Below, piece by piece: positions 15,709-23,755 of a stretch of DNA of 64,000 nucleotides; the stretch's first letter is position 1, and every line of letters begins with the position of its first letter. The stretch lies in IMG/VR virus record IMGVR_UViG_3300033994_001756, positions 96,001 through 160,000 of that record; one strand, given 5' to 3'. Origin of the DNA: a virus. Below the pieces are notes generated by a model, which saw only the letters and a list, made by a program, of their open reading frames with translations, was not told the origin of the DNA and searched no databases. The position numbers and the translations under genes are program-made.

Positions 15709-16460
15709 CAAGTTCCCGTAGAAGAAAGAATGAAAGTTCATTTGCAGATTTATCATCTAAAAAAATGAGGAGAAAAAAGCCAATTGATGCTGAGCATATG
15801 GTTGATATTCAACCTCTGACTCCAGCTCAAGAAAAAGTATTTGAAGAATACGCAAACGACAAAAATCTATTTCTATATGGAGCTGCAGGTACAGGTAAAA
15901 CATTTGTTAGTCTCTACCTAGCACTAAAGGATGTATTAAACGATAAAACTCCATATGAAAAAGTATATATGGTTCGTTCTCTAGTTTCTACTAGGGAGAT
16001 TGGTTTCCTTCCAGGAGATCATGAGGATAAGTCAAGCCTTTACCAGATTCCATATAAGAACATGGTAAAGTACATGTTTGAGATGCCAGATGATGCTTCA
16101 TTTGAAGCTTTGTATGGTAATCTAAAAGGACAAGGAACTGTAAGTTTCTGGAGTACATCATTCATCCGTGGTACTACTCTTGATAACTGTATCATCATTG
16201 TTGATGAAAGTCAGAATCTTAATTTCCATGAACTAGATTCTATCATCACTCGTGTTGGGCAAGATGCTAAAATTATTTTCTGTGGTGATGTTCAACAAAC
16301 TGACCTTGTAAAGACCAACGAAAGAAATGGTGTTCTGAATTTCATGAGCATTCTTCAAACTATGGATGAATTTTCCATGGTAGAATTTGGAATCGCCGAC
16401 ATCGTTCGTTCAGGTCTAATCAGAAGTTATCTAATCAGCAAACTTAATTTGGGATTCTGA
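15705..16460 (+). CDS. phoH: PhoH-family ATPase
   Basis: GAAGTGKT, IGFLPG, RGTT, DESQN, GDVQQTDL. Confidence 0.95.
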   Translation: MTSSRRRKNESSFADLSSKKMRRKKPIDAEHMVDIQPLTPAQEKVFEEYANDKNLFLYGAAGTGKTFVSLYLALKDVLNDKTPYEKVYMVRSLVSTREIGFLPGDHEDKSSLYQIPYKNMVKYMFEMPDDASFEALYGNLKGQGTVSFWSTSFIRGTTLDNCIIIVDESQNLNFHELDSIITRVGQDAKIIFCGDVQQTDLVKTNERNGVLNFMSILQTMDEFSMVEFGIADIVRSGLIRSYLISKLNLGF

Positions 16461-16462
16461 TA

Positions 16463-17128
16463 GTGTTTGTACATTTAAATAATGAACCTCTGATTGATTT
16501 ACAAGCTATAACTACAGATAGCGGGAGGCTATACTTAACTCCAGATGGAAATAAGTATCCTTCCGTTACTACTGTTATTGGTACCACTTCAAAGAAGTCA
16601 ATTCTACAATGGAGGAAAAGGGTAGGGGAAGCAGAGGCTAATCGTATTTCTTCCAGAGCAGCATCTAGAGGTACAAATCTTCACCTAATGAATGAAGACT
16701 ACCTAAATAATATGTTCAATGAAGAGAAGTACAAAGATAAAGTACTGCCTCTATTCATGTTTAAACATTTAAAACCTTTCCTAGATAGAATTAACAACAT
16801 TCATGTCTTGGAAGGAGCACTATACAGTGATAAACTAAAACTTGCTGGACGAGTTGACTGCATTGCAGAATATGAAAACGAGCTAGCAATTATAGATTTC
16901 AAGTCTTCTACTGAACCAAAAAAGAGAGAGTGGATTGAAAACTATATTGCACAAGAGTGTGCATATGCAATGATGTATTATGAACGTACTGGTATCAAAG
17001 TAAAAAAACTTGTAACTTTAATCGCCTGTGAGGATGGAGAAATCCAAGTCTTCCAGGAGTACGATATCATGAAATACATGAAAGTACTAATGGAATACAT
17101 CAGAGCCTATGAAGAACAACGAACTTAA
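16463..17128 (+). CDS. PD-(D/E)XK (Cas4-like) exonuclease
   Basis: YPSVTTV, RGTNLH, AGRVDC, IIDFKSS. Confidence 0.88.
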   Translation: MFVHLNNEPLIDLQAITTDSGRLYLTPDGNKYPSVTTVIGTTSKKSILQWRKRVGEAEANRISSRAASRGTNLHLMNEDYLNNMFNEEKYKDKVLPLFMFKHLKPFLDRINNIHVLEGALYSDKLKLAGRVDCIAEYENELAIIDFKSSTEPKKREWIENYIAQECAYAMMYYERTGIKVKKLVTLIACEDGEIQVFQEYDIMKYMKVLMEYIRAYEEQRT

Positions 17129-17372
17129 TGAATTATTTGAAGACAAATTTATGACAGCATCTAAATTTTCCATGGAAGTGGAAGAGATCGTCCGGTCAAA
17201 TCAGGGCGGTCTCAATTATATTGATGCAGTATTAGTTTACTGCGAAGAGAATGACATTGAACTAGGAAATGTTTCAAAATTAATTTCTAAACCACTTAAA
17301 GAAAAAATTAAAGTTGATGCTCAACGTATGAACTTTATGAAACGAACTTCTCGTGCCAGACTTCCTTTATGA
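17109..17372 (+). CDS. gp33: Late transcription co-activator gp33
   Basis: YIDAVLVYCEEN..LISKPLKEKI; synteny with gp59/gp32. Confidence 0.88.
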   Translation: MKNNELNELFEDKFMTASKFSMEVEEIVRSNQGGLNYIDAVLVYCEENDIELGNVSKLISKPLKEKIKVDAQRMNFMKRTSRARLPL

Positions 17373-17959
17373 ATGGGTTTGATGTTTATCGAACATATCT
17401 AGCAATAAAACTACACTTTAGTAAAGATAATTTTGATTTTTTTAAATGTGGTACAGGTAAAGCCAAAGCTTCACTAGAGGCATTTGAAAAACGAAAAGAC
17501 AAATACTTTTTTAAGAAGTTGGCTACAAAATTTAGTCAAGATGAATTGATTCAATATTTTGTAGCTCACTTTGTACAAAACAGAGACACTTGGATTGGAG
17601 ATATTTCTAGGATAGAAAACACTTCAGTCTATTTAAATTGGCTAAAGAAAATTCAGAGCATGAGCTTTGTCTTTTCAAATGATTTAGATATCTTATTGAA
17701 GGAACATTCATTTGAAGATATCTTTAAGGTAACTAATACACATCCTCCAGTTATAAAACAATACCTTTCAAGTTCTATAAACTTGGAAACATTAGTTATT
17801 CTTAACCAATTATTAAACTTCATTAAAGACTTTGATACTTCAATTAATGATCCTGTAGTTTGGCCAGATATCAAGAAGAAGGTACTGAAATACGAACCTT
17901 TCCTTTCACTAGATAAACCTAAATATAAGCAGATAGTTTTGTCGAAGGTTTCTAGCTGA
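17369..17959 (+). CDS. gp59: Helicase loader gp59
   Basis: YRTYLAIKLHF..FEKRKDKYFFKKL; synteny. Confidence 0.88.
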   Translation: MNGFDVYRTYLAIKLHFSKDNFDFFKCGTGKAKASLEAFEKRKDKYFFKKLATKFSQDELIQYFVAHFVQNRDTWIGDISRIENTSVYLNWLKKIQSMSFVFSNDLDILLKEHSFEDIFKVTNTHPPVIKQYLSSSINLETLVILNQLLNFIKDFDTSINDPVVWPDIKKKVLKYEPFLSLDKPKYKQIVLSKVSS

Positions 17960-18294
17960 TGTCTTTTTTTGAAAACGAATTAATTCGTGATGAATTAGAA
18001 GAAATGACTTTATTATATAAAGAAATTTCTTTTATAATGTATAGTCCTCATGAAAAATCTCAAGAGACTCGTAGAGAATGTCTGGATAAATTAAACAGAC
18101 TTGTAGAACTTCAAGAGCTTCTTTATTTCAGAGCAAAGTATTCTAGCGATGAAGAAGCTGAAGAGTTCGTTGACATGTTAAGGACATCTGCTACATTCCT
18201 TGGGGTGCCCCCAGATGTGGATGTGTCACAAATCTTCACCCACATGAAGCAAGACATCATCCGAGCCAAGGAGGCACTTGACAAATCTCTCTGA
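17959..18294 (+). CDS. DUF1825-like hypothetical protein
   Basis: MSFFENELIRDEL..LYFRAKYS.DEEA. Confidence 0.65.
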   Translation: MSFFENELIRDELEEMTLLYKEISFIMYSPHEKSQETRRECLDKLNRLVELQELLYFRAKYSSDEEAEEFVDMLRTSATFLGVPPDVDVSQIFTHMKQDIIRAKEALDKSL

Positions 18295-18306
18295 CTCTGC
18301 TACCAT
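18278..18306 (+). promoter_or_regulatory. sigma70-like promoter for gp32
   Basis: TTGACA-17 nt-TACCAT with TG extension. Confidence 0.6.
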
Positions 18307-18368
18307 ACTCTCATGGGTTGGGGCACACGAGCCAAATCCATTTAATCCAACTAATACGGAGAATCCAC

Positions 18369-19274
18369 ATGTCTTTTGCAACACTCAAGCGTAACTCATC
18401 CAACTCATTTGATAAGCTAACCCAAGAAATCGAAAAAATGTCTAGCACAGAAGGTGGTGCAGACGAAAGGTTCTGGAAGCCTGAGATGGACAAGTCAGGC
18501 AATGGCTACGCTGTCATTCGTTTCCTCCCAGCTCCAGAAGGTGAAGACGTACCCTGGGCGAAGGTATGGAGCCATGCTTTCCAAGGTCCTGGTGGCTGGT
18601 ACATTGAAAACTCTCTAACTACTCTCAACAAAAAAGATCCTGTAGGTGATCTCAATCGTCAGCTCTGGAACACTGGTAGTGATAAAGATAAAGAAGTTGC
18701 TCGCAAACAAAAGCGTAAGCTAACCTATTACACTAATATCTATGTCGTAAAGGATCCTGCTCACCCAGAAAACGAAGGTAAAGTATTCCTTTACAAGTTT
18801 GGCAAGAAGATCTTTGATAAGATCACCGAAGCTATGCAACCTGCATTTGCAGATGAGCAAGCTATCAATCCATTTGACTTCTGGACTGGTGCAGACTTCA
18901 AAATCAAGCTTCGCAAAGTAGAAGGTTACTGGAACTATGACAAGTCTGAGTTTTCTACTCCTGGTACTCTAGGTGATTTTGATGATGCTAAGCTAGAGCA
19001 AATTTATTCAAAGGCTCATAGTCTAACTCAATTCTCTGCAGATGATAACTTCAAAACTTATGAAGAACTAGCTAAGCGTTTAAACGATGTTCTAAACTCA
19101 AAGCCAGTTCAACGAATTGATCGTGAAACTTACGAAGACGAAGAGCAGAACGTAATTGAAACCGTTGCTTCTTTTGCTTCTACTTCTACTCCATCCTTTG
19201 CTTCACGTTCTACTAGCAATGATGATGAAGATGATACCCTCAGTTACTTCGCTCGACTAGCTGAAGAAGATTGA
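18369..19274 (+). CDS. gp32: Single-stranded DNA-binding protein gp32
   Basis: DERFWK, AVIRFLP, WYIENS, NYDKSEF, acidic tail; GGAG RBS before ATG 18369. Confidence 0.96.
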   Translation: MSFATLKRNSSNSFDKLTQEIEKMSSTEGGADERFWKPEMDKSGNGYAVIRFLPAPEGEDVPWAKVWSHAFQGPGGWYIENSLTTLNKKDPVGDLNRQLWNTGSDKDKEVARKQKRKLTYYTNIYVVKDPAHPENEGKVFLYKFGKKIFDKITEAMQPAFADEQAINPFDFWTGADFKIKLRKVEGYWNYDKSEFSTPGTLGDFDDAKLEQIYSKAHSLTQFSADDNFKTYEELAKRLNDVLNSKPVQRIDRETYEDEEQNVIETVASFASTSTPSFASRSTSNDDEDDTLSYFARLAEED

Positions 19275-19281
19275 TAATATT

Positions 19282-19308
19282 AAAGGAGGCTTAAAGCCTC
19301 CTTTTTTT
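19282..19308. terminator. Bidirectional terminator between convergent gp32 and gp53
   Basis: AAAGGAGGCT-TAA-AGCCTCCTTT plus T-tract. Confidence 0.75.
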
Positions 19309-19960
19309 ATATAGAAGTTTCGGGAAATCTAATACCAGCAGAATCAATCTTGTATTCAGTATCATATGCAAACAGAGATGCAATCTCTTCTTCCATCGTG
19401 GTTAAGAATTGTGGTCTAATTAAAAATATTTCCTTTTTATTTTCATTCTCTCTATATTCAAACTCTCTATTGGTAATTGGAGTCATTACTTGAGATCCGG
19501 ATTTCAATGAGCCAGTTGAAGTAGTGAATGTATATGATGGATAATAGCCAACTACTTCTTGTGTGGATCTTCCTTCATTATATTCAATAATGATTCCACC
19601 TTGTAAAACAAGATTATTTCCTTCATATAATTCTTTAGTTTCCCAAAATTTAATTTTGTCTTGATTATTACCGTACTTCTTTTCTATAGCTAAATCTAAT
19701 TCGTAATCTGACACTGGCCAATCATTATTCACATCAATAATGTTATTAAGGATTAGAATGGTCCAGTACCAATCAGGAGATCCATATTGTTTATTTGATA
19801 CTTGCTCTGGAGTCTCACCTTGTTGGATTGTGTATCGAGTAGATGCCACATATAAAGCGTTTAGGTTATCTCTAAATCTAACTCTACGAAACAGATTTTT
19901 AGATAACTTTAACCCACCTTTGTATGGATAATAAAAATTTGGTTGTGAGTTAAAAAACAT
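19307..19960 (-). CDS. gp53: Baseplate wedge protein gp53
   Basis: GETPEQVS..YGSPDWYWTILILNNI..WP LysM-like motif. Confidence 0.85.
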   Translation of the reverse strand: MFFNSQPNFYYPYKGGLKLSKNLFRRVRFRDNLNALYVASTRYTIQQGETPEQVSNKQYGSPDWYWTILILNNIIDVNNDWPVSDYELDLAIEKKYGNNQDKIKFWETKELYEGNNLVLQGGIIIEYNEGRSTQEVVGYYPSYTFTTSTGSLKSGSQVMTPITNREFEYRENENKKEIFLIRPQFLTTMEEEIASLFAYDTEYKIDSAGIRFPETSI

Positions 19961-19972
19961 TGGTACTCTCCA

Positions 19973-20959
19973 TTAATTTCCTTGAAGAACATTATCTGCT
20001 GTAACGATTTCTGTTTCTGCAAATGACATTGTAACTTCATACGCAACTGGAGCTGGTCCACTCAATGCGTTGCCGGCAGTATTGATATGAGTAGCCCATA
20101 CATTGTCTGGAGTATAATTAACCTGAATGTTCTTTAGAACACATGGTTTAATTTTTGGGAGTGATTGAATTGCTGTTTCAGTTCCAGCTTGCTTCCAGGT
20201 TAAATCAAATATGTTTGGGACAGTTAGCCATCTATCTTCTAATTTACTTATTACTTGAATTGGAGAATTTAGTGCATCTTGAACTGGTCCAGTTCCACTA
20301 TAATTTGGCAATGAATAATATCTGAGAGTTTTAATAATGTTATGAATTCTATTTTGTTCAGATGCATTTCTAGGAACTAACTTCCAGGAAAAGCTGAATT
20401 CTCTCATTGCAATTCCTTTGAATATTTGCTCAACATAAGGATTTAATACCTTTCCTCCAATACCACTTGTTAATGCTTCTGCAGGTGGGGCTCCTGGAAT
20501 ATTTGAAATTGCTTTCAAAATAAATTCTGGAGTTCCTGCACCCGCCATTTTACTAATCAATGTTCCAATGTTTCCTGGGTCATTTATTGCGGCGCCAGCT
20601 AATATAGGTAGCATTTTACCTAGCATTCCAATATTTTCTGCCGACCAAGATAACTGATCATTGTAATTAATATCATTGGGAACTGGTAGTAAAATTTTTG
20701 CTAATTTTTTATTTCTTGGTCTAGATCCTAGTGTACTATTTACTGCTTGCCACCTACCAGTTTGTACTGTATCGCCACTTTGAATATCAGTAATAAATTG
20801 TAATGTAGCACTTCCACTAGCATCTTTTGCACTTGCAATAGGTACGTATTCCATTACATTAATTTGAAGCATATCAAACATTTCATTTTTATCAGGCCAA
20901 TATAAATCATCTCTATTGAGTATGTTTTGGGTATATCCTTTATTTACTGTAACGGCCAT
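19973..20959 (-). CDS. gp48: Baseplate tail-tube cap gp48
   Basis: NPYVEQIFKGIAMREFSFSWKLVPRN..CVLKNIQVNYTP. Confidence 0.82.
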   Translation of the reverse strand: MAVTVNKGYTQNILNRDDLYWPDKNEMFDMLQINVMEYVPIASAKDASGSATLQFITDIQSGDTVQTGRWQAVNSTLGSRPRNKKLAKILLPVPNDINYNDQLSWSAENIGMLGKMLPILAGAAINDPGNIGTLISKMAGAGTPEFILKAISNIPGAPPAEALTSGIGGKVLNPYVEQIFKGIAMREFSFSWKLVPRNASEQNRIHNIIKTLRYYSLPNYSGTGPVQDALNSPIQVISKLEDRWLTVPNIFDLTWKQAGTETAIQSLPKIKPCVLKNIQVNYTPDNVWATHINTAGNALSGPAPVAYEVTMSFAETEIVTADNVLQGN

Positions 20960-20995
20960 AAATATTTTATGATAAGCCTTTTATAATAAGTATTT

Positions 20996-21433
20996 ATGAA
21001 TACTCTAAAGGGAAAATTTACCCCAACGAATATTCGCAAATATAAAGGAGACTATAGGAATATAATTTATAGGTCTTCCTGGGAATTAAAGTTTATGAAG
21101 TACTGTGATACTAGATCTAATGTATTAGAATGGGCATCAGAAGAATGTGTTATTCCATATAGATCTCCATTAGATAATAAAATTCATAGATACTTTGTTG
21201 ATTTTTATGCTAAAATTCAAGAAGCTGATGGCACTATCACTAAGTATTTGATTGAAATAAAACCCAGTAAACAAACAGTTCCACCAAAGAAACCTCAAAG
21301 ACAAACTAAAAGTTATATCTATGAAGTGACTGAATACGTTAAGAATCAAGCTAAGTGGAAAGCTGCCAAAGAATTCTGTGATGATAGAATGTGGAAATTT
21401 AAAATTCTCACGGAATCGGAGCTAAAGGTATGA
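20996..21433 (+). CDS. gp4: Head completion nuclease gp4
   Basis: YRSSWE..WASEE..HRYFVDF..IEIKP..NQAKW. Confidence 0.92.
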   Translation: MNTLKGKFTPTNIRKYKGDYRNIIYRSSWELKFMKYCDTRSNVLEWASEECVIPYRSPLDNKIHRYFVDFYAKIQEADGTITKYLIEIKPSKQTVPPKKPQRQTKSYIYEVTEYVKNQAKWKAAKEFCDDRMWKFKILTESELKV

Positions 21434-21993
21434 GAAGAGAAGTATCAGCTAGAACAAAAAATACGTCACCACTTAATATATTTGAACAGGTAGATGAAAT
21501 AGCAAATAAAAAACGAAAAGGATTTCATGTCCTATCATATAGTTGGTATAAAGATACTGTTGCTGAAGTTGCTAGAAAGAATGATATTTACAAAACATTA
21601 GTTACGCTTGATGAAACTCTCATTCCTTCTGGGGGAAATCTGTATTTGTTTGAGTATAAAGCAACTTGGGCTAGAAAACTTCCATATTATGATGAGTTTC
21701 CTTTAGTGTACATGTTACAGGGTGGGAGGAAATTTTTTGGAGCTAATCTTCACTATTTAAATTATCCAACACGTTATAAAGTTCTACAGAGTATTATAGA
21801 TGGACGACCAACAATTCCTAAGCAGTGCTTTCATAATTATGTTTATGAAGGTCTTGATACACCACTATTTAAAATAAATAGTGACGACTGGATGAAATCT
21901 ATTTTTCTACCACTTGAAAGTTTTGTAAGTAGACAAGCAGGTTCATATAAGCAAGTTAGTAAATCCTTTGTCTGGGGAGACAGCCGTAAATGA
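21430..21993 (+). CDS. gp2: DNA end protector gp2-like
   Basis: LPYYDEFPLV..GANLHYL. Confidence 0.78.
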   Translation: MRREVSARTKNTSPLNIFEQVDEIANKKRKGFHVLSYSWYKDTVAEVARKNDIYKTLVTLDETLIPSGGNLYLFEYKATWARKLPYYDEFPLVYMLQGGRKFFGANLHYLNYPTRYKVLQSIIDGRPTIPKQCFHNYVYEGLDTPLFKINSDDWMKSIFLPLESFVSRQAGSYKQVSKSFVWGDSRK

Positions 21994-22823
21994 GCATCAA
22001 TACTACTCCTACAAATTTTAAAGAGTTCAAAGGTTTTGTACAAAAGCATGGCTTTTCATTAAGTAACTTTTATGATGTGCAATTTTATCTTAGTAATGAT
22101 TCTAGTAACTCTCAACTATTAAAAAATATATTTAATCTTGGGATGTCTGGTAATCCAAATAATACCAGTGCGTCTTTTATGGAAGGACTTTTAAGATTGT
22201 ATGCGGATGAATGTTCTATTCCTGGATACTCAATTTCAACTGGAGATTATAGAATAACCAATACTCCATCAATGAAATATGCATACGGTATAGTAAACAA
22301 TGAAATCACAATATCATTTATTTTAGATGCAGATGCTGAGATCAGAAGAATATTTGATGCCTGGGGTAATTATATTTACGGTAGTGTTTCATTGGCAGGA
22401 GGAGTTGTATCAAATACTAATTTGAATTTTACTACTAAAATAGATCTTGGAAGAACTAGATATCGTGATGATTATGTAACAGATATTGTTGTGGCTAAAT
22501 TGGAAAGACATAGAAGCAGTAAGAAAAATACTAGACCACGAGTTACTAATATTGATTCACAACGTAACTTCTATGATAACAAACAAATTATACCAGATTA
22601 TAATGGACCACTTCTTCCTGGATTTGGAAAACCATTTTACACATATTCAGTTAGGCTGAGGAATTGTTTTCCTACCACTATCTCTTCAATTCCATTGTCC
22701 AGTGGATCTTCTCAGTTAGTTAGAGTGCAGGTAACATTTGAATATGAACTTGCAGTGCCATCATCTCAAACTGCAGGTGGAAGTGTTCTGGAAGCATCAA
22801 ACTGGTTACAGATAACTAACTAA
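21990..22823 (+). CDS. Tail tube-like protein (gp19/gp54 family)
   Basis: CSIPG, FDAW, LRNCFPTTISSIPLS..VTFEY. Confidence 0.7.
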   Translation: MSINTTPTNFKEFKGFVQKHGFSLSNFYDVQFYLSNDSSNSQLLKNIFNLGMSGNPNNTSASFMEGLLRLYADECSIPGYSISTGDYRITNTPSMKYAYGIVNNEITISFILDADAEIRRIFDAWGNYIYGSVSLAGGVVSNTNLNFTTKIDLGRTRYRDDYVTDIVVAKLERHRSSKKNTRPRVTNIDSQRNFYDNKQIIPDYNGPLLPGFGKPFYTYSVRLRNCFPTTISSIPLSSGSSQLVRVQVTFEYELAVPSSQTAGGSVLEASNWLQITN

Positions 22824-22858
22824 CCTAAATAAATTGAGATTATGTTATAGTATACACT

Positions 22859-23569
22859 ATGCCTTTACCTAAAATTGTAACTCCGACGTATGAATTGCGT
22901 TTACCATCAACTGATCAATTAATTAAATATAGACCATTTCTAGTAAAAGAAGAAAAAGTTCTTCTGATGGCGATGGAATCTGAAGATGAATCTCAGATGA
23001 TTAATGCAGTGAAAACCATCCTAAGAAATTGCATTAACTCTAAAATTAAAGTTGATGACCTAGCAGTATTTGATATCGAATATTTGTTCCTCAATATTCG
23101 TGCTAAGTCTGTGGGAGAACAAATCGAACTCAACATCACTTGCCCAGATGATGGGGAAACTACAGTTCCACTAGAGATTAATGTTGAGGATATTCAGATT
23201 CAAAAGTCTGAAGATCATTCTAGAATTATTTCATTGAATGATACTATTTCTGTTGTAATGAAATACCCTAGTATGGAAATGTTTGTTAAGTCAAACTTTA
23301 CAGCTAGTGTAAAAACTGAAGACGTATTTGAGATTGCTGCATCTTGCATTGAACAAGTTGTAGAAGGGGAAGATGTTTATGAAACCAAGAGTTTCTCTAA
23401 AAAAGAAATTAACGATTTCCTTGATAGCTTAGATACTGCACAGTTTTTACTGATTCAAAAATTCTTTGAGACTATGCCAAAGCTATCTCATACAGTTAAG
23501 GTTACTAACCCAGTAACAAATGTAGAAAGTGATGTGGTACTAGAAGGTCTTGCAGCTTTTTTCGCATAG
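22859..23569 (+). CDS. gp26: Baseplate hub assembly protein gp26
   Basis: MPLPKI..YRPFLVKEEKVLL..FLNIRAKSVGE..FFETMPKL. Confidence 0.9.
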   Translation: MPLPKIVTPTYELRLPSTDQLIKYRPFLVKEEKVLLMAMESEDESQMINAVKTILRNCINSKIKVDDLAVFDIEYLFLNIRAKSVGEQIELNITCPDDGETTVPLEINVEDIQIQKSEDHSRIISLNDTISVVMKYPSMEMFVKSNFTASVKTEDVFEIAASCIEQVVEGEDVYETKSFSKKEINDFLDSLDTAQFLLIQKFFETMPKLSHTVKVTNPVTNVESDVVLEGLAAFFA

Positions 23570-23751
23570 CCCTAGCGCACGAATCGCTAGAAAATTACTT
23601 TAGAATTAATTTTATATTACTTCAACATCATAAGTGGTCTCTTTCCGAAATTGAATGTATGTTACCATGGGAAAGAGAAATTTATGTTCAGATGTTAGTT
23701 GACTATATTGAAGAGGAAAATAATAGAAACAGAACAACAACATCGTTGTAG
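23557..23751 (+). CDS. gp51: gp51-like baseplate assembly frame, probably reached by -1 frameshift from gp26
   Basis: -1 frame reads FFRIALAHESLENYFRINFILLQHHKWSLSEIECMLPWEREIYV...; no ATG/GTG/TTG before the conserved part; T TTT TTC at 23557-23563. Confidence 0.75.
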   Translation, partial: FFRIALAHESLENYFRINFILLQHHKWSLSEIECMLPWEREIYVQMLVDYIEEENNRNRTTTSL

Positions 23752-23755
23752 TTAA

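Noticed and set aside
16463-17128. Cas4 as part of a CRISPR system
   Set aside because: No array or other cas genes; this is the usual T4-like exonuclease position next to gp33
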